Assembly (NCBI GenBank): GCA_004431415.1 | Contig: QPMI01000522.1 | Span: 1-64,000 of the forward strand | Origin: Cyanophora paradoxa CCMP329 | Lineage: Eukaryota; Plantae; Glaucophyta | Direction: 5' to 3' | DNA length: 64,000 bases | Shown here: piece after piece, positions 56,863 to 64,000 of the stretch | Numbering within the stretch: the stretch's first letter is position 1 | Layout: every line of letters begins with the position of its first letter | Notes under the pieces: generated by a model | What the model was told of the DNA's origin: nothing | Database searches by the model: none | The model's input: only the letters and a program-made list of their open reading frames with translations | Program-made: the position numbers and the translations under genes

Positions 56863-59100
56863 GATGCGCATGCCCCGCAGAGCGCCTGTATCCCGCGCAC
56901 CGCCGGCGCGCTCGCGGGCCGAGCAGCCCCGCCCGCAGCCGCCGCCGGCGCCGCCCCCCCGCCACGAGGCGCGATTAGATGCGGAGCCGGCGGGGGTTGC
57001 CGCCGGTATCGCCGGGCTGGACGACGCGCTGTTAGAGTCCGTTTTCGAGCGGCTCGCCCCGCGGGAACGGTGCTCGGCGGCCTGCGCCTGCCGAGAGTGG
57101 TCCAGGGTCCTCGCGCACCCCCGCTTCTGGACGTGCGCGTACCCTCCGGGCGCCGGGGTACGCGGATTCCGATCCCAAGCGCAGGTTCGAGGCCCCCGGC
57201 CTGCGGCTGAGCCCCGAGGAGCTCGTCCTGGGCGACCGCTTCGAGCCCCGCTCGTTCCCGTGCGCCCCGCCCTTTACCCTACGCCCTCGGGGTACCGAAC
57301 GAAATAACCCGTACCTTATCTTGTACCCCAGGGACCTCCTTCCCGTTCTGAGGCTGGGGAGGTACTCGAATCTCCGCTCCGTCCGCCTCGGCGCCTCGAG
57401 CCGCGCCTTCAACGCCCGTGTCCTATCTTCCGTGCGTCCCCCCCCTCCTCCATCCCCCCCCCATCTCCCTTCTCCTGCCCAGGCTGACCGCGCAGACAGG
57501 TCTGCTACGCGGCGCAGCGATACCCCACGCGCCCCGCCGTGCGCCCCGCGGCCGCGGAGGTCTCGCGGCCCCTTCGCCTTCTCTGATCGGGCGCCGGCGC
57601 AGCTGCGGGAGCTGCGGGCGCGGCTGCGCCCGCACGGGGCGCCCCTGGCGGAGGCTGTACCCCTCGCCGGCGGCCTCCGGGTACTGGCGCTGAAGGTCCC
57701 GGCCCGGGAGTGGCGGGACGGGGAGGCGGAGGCGGTGGAGGCTGGGGGCGGCAGCAGCAGCAGCGACTCGGAGCTCGCGTTAGAGACGTCCGACGAGTCC
57801 AGCGGCGGCGAGGGCGCCCCGCCGCCGCCCTCCGCCGGCGCCGTCGCCGGCCGCGCACCGCAACTCCCGGCCGCCCGCGGGTGCGAACGAACGAACGAGC
57901 GCGAGCGCAGCGCCCCTGCCCGATCCGACCCAGAGCCGAGCTCGCGTACCCCCGCAGGCTCGAGGCCCTCCTCCGGGCGGCCTCCGGGGGCGCCCTGGAG
58001 ACGCTGGACCTGAAGGGGTTCCACATCGCCCCCGCCGCCGTTGCCGACCTCGCGGGGTACGCGCGCGCACGCGCCGGCCTGCCCGCGTGGGAGGGGGACG
58101 GGAGGGGGGAGGGAGAGGGGGGGGGGTGGAACCGGGGGATGCGGGGGCAACCGTGACCTTTGCGGCAGGCTGCGCGCGCTGCGGCTGCGCTGCTGCGCCC
58201 TGCAGGAAGAGGCGCTGGCGGGCCTCGTGGCGCGGAGCCCGGGCCTCGAGCGGCTCGCCATCGACCGGCCCCGGGGCCGCCCGCCCCCCCGCCACGCCTG
58301 GGCCGCACGCCTCCCGTGCCCCGCCCCCTCACATCCCTCTGGATCGACCTGCCCCCCGCCCCGAGGACCAGGTGGCACTCTGCGCCGCCCTCGCCTCCCA
58401 CTGCCCCCGCCTCTCCTCCCTCCGGCTCTGCGTACCCCGGAATCGGCCCGCCTTCTGGGCGGCGCGCCTCCCGTCCTCCGGCCAGGGCCAGCCCCCGTAC
58501 CCCGGCCTCCCGCGGCGGCCCTCGCGGCCCTGGCGGGGGCGCCACACGCGCGCCTCGCGGCCCTGGCCCTCGACTGCGCCCCGGGCGCCGGCGAGGCCGC
58601 CCTGTCCGCCCTCCTCTCCTCGCCCCGCCCCGCCCTGCGGGCCCTCGCCCTCAGCTCGGACTCCCTTACCCCCGGCCTCCTCGCCCGCCTCCCGGCCCTG
58701 TACCCCTCCCTCACCGCCCTCGCCATCGAGGACGCCCCCAACGCGTACCCCCCGCTCCCTTGCCTGGCCGGCCTTGGCTCGCTGCGCCTGCTGTCGCTGG
58801 CGCGCTGCCCCGTGGGCCCCGCGCGGCCCCTGCCGGCCCTCCCCTCCCTCACCGAGGCCTCCTTCCTGCGCTGCTCGGGCGTGGGGCGCGCGGACGCCCC
58901 CGCCTTCGGGGCCGCCTGGCCCCGCCTCCGGACCCTCGCCCTCGACGATGTCCAGGTGCGCTCGAGCTCGCCGCCAGAGGTGTGCAGTGACCCTGAGCGC
59001 TCTCAACCCCTGTATCGATTTCCATTTCTGAAGCTGATCATGAATCCTCGGCCCCTCGCCGGCCGGGCCTCGTTCGCGCGCAGCCGCACGAGTACCTGGA
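56863..59100 (+). CDS. F-box / leucine-rich repeat protein (ends uncertain)
   Basis: LDDALLESVFERLAPRERCSAACACREWSRVLAHPRFW; downstream LRALALS, LTALAIE and LRTLALD repeats. Confidence 0.65.
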
Positions 59101-59215
59101 GGCCCTCGCGAGTGGGGCCCGGCCGCTCCCCGTCTCCTCCCTCTTCCTCCACTGCAGGTGCGCTTAAAAGCTTGTGCACATCATGGCATCGCGCGCGCGG
59201 CGCCGTCGTGTGTGT

Positions 59216-59254
<39 letters not shown>

Positions 59255-60378
59255 CGGGGGGGGAGGGGGGGGCGGGGCGGGGGGGAGTCCCTCCGGATCC
59301 CTGGCCGCGGCGCGCGCGCACGTGGACGGCGCCGGCGCGGCTAGCGCTAGCGCGCGCTATACATGAGCAACTTTATATTAAGAGCTCCGCCCGAGCTCGC
59401 GATCGAGTGGGCCCGGCGCCGGGTCATCTGATCATGAGTGCATGGCCCCGGCCCTGCGTGCGCAGTGTGCATCGGGCGATCAAGGAGGCGAGCTCAAGCG
59501 AGCCCGAAGAGGCCTTGGCCATGCATTTGGCCATGGGGTAGGGGCGATCGCGACTGGAACCCCCCTCGCCGCCACCTACCGTATACCCCTGTGTGATCAA
59601 CGGTCATCCGTACCCGCCGGTCTGTATTCGTACCCGGCCCGCCGATTGAATTTTTTAAATCAACGTTTTTCCTAGGCGAAACGACACACTTAAAATTGAC
59701 GTTACGTACGTAAAATGTCAATTAGATTAAGCCGGTTTAAATTACAGCATATATATAATCTACATGTACGTATATATACGTATATACTAGATAGCTACTA
59801 TATACGTATAGTTTATACGCGAATTAATATTCGGGGGTTCGAAAAGACATCAATTTTGGAAGCGGGGTACAATAAACCATGAACGCCCAATCGCCATTGG
59901 CTGTCTTGAACCGTCAGTTCTCGATTGCGAGGAGTTGACGTACGTTAGATCTCGACCAGCGACGACCACTGCCATTTAGGGTTATCTGGGGTACCGAATA
60001 CCATGTGGGACTGAAAGCTATAGGCTATAGTTTATTAGCTGCTGCTAAGCTGCAGCCTGCAGCGCTAGCAGTGTGCAGCTGCATGATCCTGCATCGTGAG
60101 CAGCGCCGCAGCGGCTCGTCGGACATCAGCAGCCCGCAGCAGGCTTTATCATAGTACCTTTGCGCATGCGCGTGCTGCAGCTGCGTGCAACCTCGCGAGC
60201 GCGCTCTTCCGAGGCTCCCTAGACAGCGCGCGGCCGGGCCGGGTGACAGTCCCTGCCGACCGCCGAAGGCAATCCCTGCCGAGCAGCGGTCGCTGGCTGA
60301 ACTGCAGCTGGCCGAACGAGTAGGATCAGTTTCCGTCGGGTTCTCCAGCTTCCAGCGCCAGCCCAGCCACCGCTGGGG

Positions 60379-63237
60379 ATGGCGAAGTCTGTAGAGGAGC
60401 CCGTTCTTGCCTCGGGCTCGACAGTGGTGGATATGGACACAGAAACAAGCGCGAATCCCTCTACAAGGAGCGCTTCAAAGAGGGCCACCAGCCGTGTGCA
60501 GCTCAACCTGGAGCGAGGAAACGAGGTTGCAACGCGGGGCGAGCTCATTGGGTTCGTCGCTTGAAGGGAATGGATGCTAGAAGCCGTGCCCTGCTTGTCT
60601 TAAAAGCGTTTCGTCCACCCAATTCAACCGGCCGCCTCGCGACGCACCTCGCGACGAGCCTGTTTAGATGTCCCGCCCTCATCAGGCATCTGATGTGCAC
60701 ATGCGCACCCGCATCCGTTGCTCGACCGGCGATGCCGCCCGACCCGCGTCTGGCTGCCGGATAGGCAAATGCGCTAACACCCCACCTGCAGTTGGGCGCT
60801 CTACGAGGGATCCTATCGGCCGTTCTACAACATGACGCATGCATTCGTTCCTGTTTTGTTGAGGAAGCTCGCGGCCGGGGTGGTGGACGAGAACGGGTTC
60901 GTCTACCTTGGGCGGATCCCACTCCGGCCCTCGGCTTGGTGCGTTCATCTATCTCGCATGCGAATGAGAGTCTGCAGCGCCTCCGTGCCCTCCGAACCCA
61001 GCAACAGGTCCACAACTGTCCAGACTGGCATCTCCATCATACAGGTGTTCCACCCTCGCGGCCCGCGGCAGCCCGCGGGCTCTGACATTGGGCCAGATCT
61101 TTTTGTTCCTTTTTATTTCTCCTCTGGCGGACTTTGACAAGTACCGGAAGAGGATATGGGTCGTCTGCACCGTGATGGGTGCCATCATGTGCATCGCGAT
61201 GGTCTCCCTCGCCGACTCGCACCTTTGGCTCGCGGGCGGCCTCATGTACATATTCGCGTGCTGTAATTGGGGCCTCGCGAACGTCATGTACGCGCCCGCG
61301 CCGAGTTCCTCCTCCCACTTCCTCCTCCCCCTCACGCCCCCGGGCGGCGGCAGGTACAACTCGTACCTGACGGTGCTCTCCTCGGTGCACCCGGGCGTGG
61401 CGACCGAGGCGGACCCGGAGCTGCGCAAGGCGAAGCTCGCCTTCGTGAACACGGCGATGTCGTCGCACGCCTTCGCCGCCGGCTTCGGCAACACCGTCTG
61501 GCTCCTCCTCATCGCCCTCGGCCTCCTCGCCCTCCACTCCGAGACCGACGTCACGGGGTACCGCGCCATCCAGGGCACCGTGGGCGTCTGGGTGCGCGTC
61601 TCCCCGACCCGCCCGCCCCGCCCCGCCCTGCCCGGCTTAGGCGGCCTCCCCCTCGCAGTGGCTTGTCGGAGCGATCCCGGCCTTCCTGCTCGTGAAGGCG
61701 CGGCCGGGGCCCCCGACGCCCAAAATCCACGGGCTCCTAACCGACATCTCCAAGCGCGGTCCGCGCGCCCCAGCCGGCGCCGGCGTCGGCGCTGCTGTAT
61801 CGTATCTGAGAGGGGGCGGGCGCAGCGCGGCGCGTCGCGTACCTCTCGCGCCGCATGCCGACCTTCTCCGTCGGAATGATCGTCGCCTTCCTCGCCGGCG
61901 CCGTGCGCCCGCCCCGCCCCGCCCCGCCCCGCCCCGCCCCGCCCCGCCCCGCCCCGCCCCGCCCCGCCCCACCCCGTTCCGACGCCGCCTCTCCGGTCCC
62001 CCGCAGGGCGCCGCCTCGATGACGCAGATTTCGAACCTCTTCGCGGACGAGGTCCTCAAGATGACCAGTGCGCCCGCCCGCCCCGAGGCCCCCCGTACCC
62101 CTCTCTCCCTTCCCTCACATGCACCCCCGCCAGACCTGGAGATCGGGCTGCTTGCGCTGGAGGCTGTGATCTGCCTCCTGTCGGGCGCCGCCGCCGTCGT
62201 CATCATGATCCGGTGCGGCACGGCGGGCCCGGGCCAGGGCGTAGGGCGGGGCCGGGCCTGTTCTGACCGCCGCGCGCCGCGGCCGCGTGCAGGGCCTTCA
62301 ACCTGTCCATCCGGGCGACGATGATTATCTCGCTCTTCTCGTTCGGCGTCTTCTGCGCGTACTTCGTCGTGGGCATGGCGCCCGACATCTCCTGGGGCGT
62401 CAAGTCGCGCATGGAGATGTACGTCCTCGTCGGCCTCGCCTCGCTCTCGGGCGGCGCCGTCCTCGCGCTCGGGCGCGGCATCCTCTCCTCCATGCTCCCC
62501 GCCTCTCTCGAGTGCGAGTTCTTCGGGTACATCGGCGTCATCTACAACCTGGCTGGCCTCATCCTCCCCGGCATCAACACGGCGATCATCAACGCGACGA
62601 ACAACCTCCGCCTCTGCTTCCTCGCCACCTCTGTCGCATTCACCTTCTCCGGCGTCGCCATGATGTTCGTCCACATCGAGGCCGGCGTGCAGGACGCCGC
62701 CGAGGCGCGTGCCCGCCCTTTCTAACTAAACTCAACTAAAGAACTAACTAACCAACTACCGGCTAACAGGTTACCAACGACCTCGCCGACCACGGCTCGC
62801 TGGAGGAGGTCATGGACGCCGTGCCGATGACCAAGTGGCTCCGCCGCCGCCGCTCGGTGCTGGTCCAGCCCCCCGGGCGCGCCGCCGCCGCCGGCGAGGA
62901 GGAGGTGCCCATCCTCGCCGAGACGCCCACCACCGAGAAGTCGGCGCGGCTCAAGCCGGCGGCCGAGCCCGTCGTCGTCTACTCAGAGGCGCCGACCCTG
63001 GCCATCGACTCGCGCTCCTCCTTCGCCGCCGCCGCCGGCGGGGGCGCCCGCCGCCTCTCGGGCGCCGTCGCCTCCTCCTCCGGGGCCAGCTCGGCCGGCG
63101 TCTCCTCGCCCATGCAGCCGGCCGCCCTCGAGGCGGCCGACCGGTCCTCCCCGCCCGGCGACGGGATCGTCGCGATGGGTCCCGACGCCGACGCCCCGGC
63201 GACCCTCCTCTCCGATCCGGAGGGCACCGCCGCGTAG
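60379..63237 (+). CDS. MFS transporter, Atg22/UMF1-like
   Basis: ISPLADFDKYRKR, NVMYNSYL, GRGILSSMLPASLECEFFG, TNNLRLCF and multiple hydrophobic helices. Confidence 0.75.
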
Positions 63238-64000
63238 GACCTCTTCAGTGGTGCGTTCTCCGAGATTGCAGTTGCGCCACATACCTTTTCTTGAGTTTGC
63301 AATGTATATCATTTTACACGCGCGTCCGGATCCTAGTTTCATTTGCCTGCTGCTATACTATACATGATAGGTCGTAGAGTACGTTTATATGCACATGTAA
63401 ACCTTACGCGTAGCTTAGTGTCGGGGTTCCGCCCCCTTAAGACTTCTCACGAATCCTGAATCATGACCCCCCTCGGAGGCGTGTACTCCTGTTGCGTCCG
63501 TTCTCCCGCAGTTCATTCCAGCAGACTCTTATTCGAGCACAGCTTCACGTATGTGCGTTAGAATTAGTTTTCTTCCGCCAGCGTATACGTAGCTGGTGCG
63601 CTTCCATTTGGTGTCAGGATCGACACACATCTTGTATGCCGTATGGCGATTTAATGAACTTCGAAAGATCCGTTCTTTTACGGTTCGGATTCCGAAGCTC
63701 CCGATATCGATCGCGATCATCGGATCAAGATACACGAGAGTCAAGACCCACCGTGGCACTGGACTAGGCCGCGATCGCGAGCGCTAGCCGGCGCCGCTGA
63801 GCGTATACGTAACTGGTTGCCCCGGCCGCGGGCCCGGCCGCCGCGGCGCGGCGCCGGCACCGGCGCGCGAGCAACCGGCCGGGCCGGGTTTGGACTTCGA
63901 ATTCATTTGCAAGTTCAATATTAAGATTAATGGTTTCGAATTCGAATTCAATGCTAGCGCTCGAATTCGAAGCTTAAGATTTGCCCAGTCCTAGCGGAGG

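Noticed and set aside
59216-59290. Long poly-G run as a telomere or functional element
   Set aside because: A simple homopolymer with no repeat unit; its length is unreliable.
22283-63787. Hundreds of long Arg/Pro/Gly/Ala-rich ORFs on both strands
   Set aside because: Expected from stop-codon scarcity at very high GC; only frames with recognisable motifs and splice signals were kept.

Overview
The window has two compartments. Bases 1-22241 are AT-rich, intron-less, virus-like DNA. Bases ~22242-64000 are very GC-rich eukaryotic nuclear DNA with many tiny introns. The host is probably a glaucophyte alga (Cyanophora-like). This is inferred from a plastid-targeted alanine racemase, a nuclear uL23 gene and Phe-initial transit peptides. 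The AT-rich part looks like two adjacent or nested endogenous Polinton-like/Mavirus-like elements, each apparently ending in ...TACT-3'. Element A (open at the left edge, ending ~19698) encodes a D5/SF3 helicase followed by an iteron-type origin, a protein-primed PolB with a degenerate proofreading domain and an rve integrase. It also encodes a patatin-discoidin phospholipase placed head-to-head with a ~1800-codon phage-type fiber carrying an S74 chaperone, two paralogous fiber-like proteins and a prokaryote-type AdoMet decarboxylase. Element B (~19699-22241) is a remnant with a strand-specific GA-mismatch DNA hairpin, an SF1-helicase/HNH fragment, a second intact integrase and a modular terminal repeat. 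No capsid, packaging ATPase or maturation protease gene was recognised in the window. I found no CTAG anywhere in the viral DNA, and the insertion abuts a host SK-type K+ channel gene that stops just before its pore. Host genes: SK-like channel, coiled-coil protein, BCD1/ZNHIT6, TIR plus beta-helix protein, NOMO, Get3d/ArsA-like, GDP-fucose-type transporter, two F-box/LRR proteins, plastid uL23, TMEM222/RTE1-like, alanine racemase and an Atg22-like MFS transporter. Host gene coordinates are approximate spans including introns. All calls come from motif recognition by eye; no searches were run.
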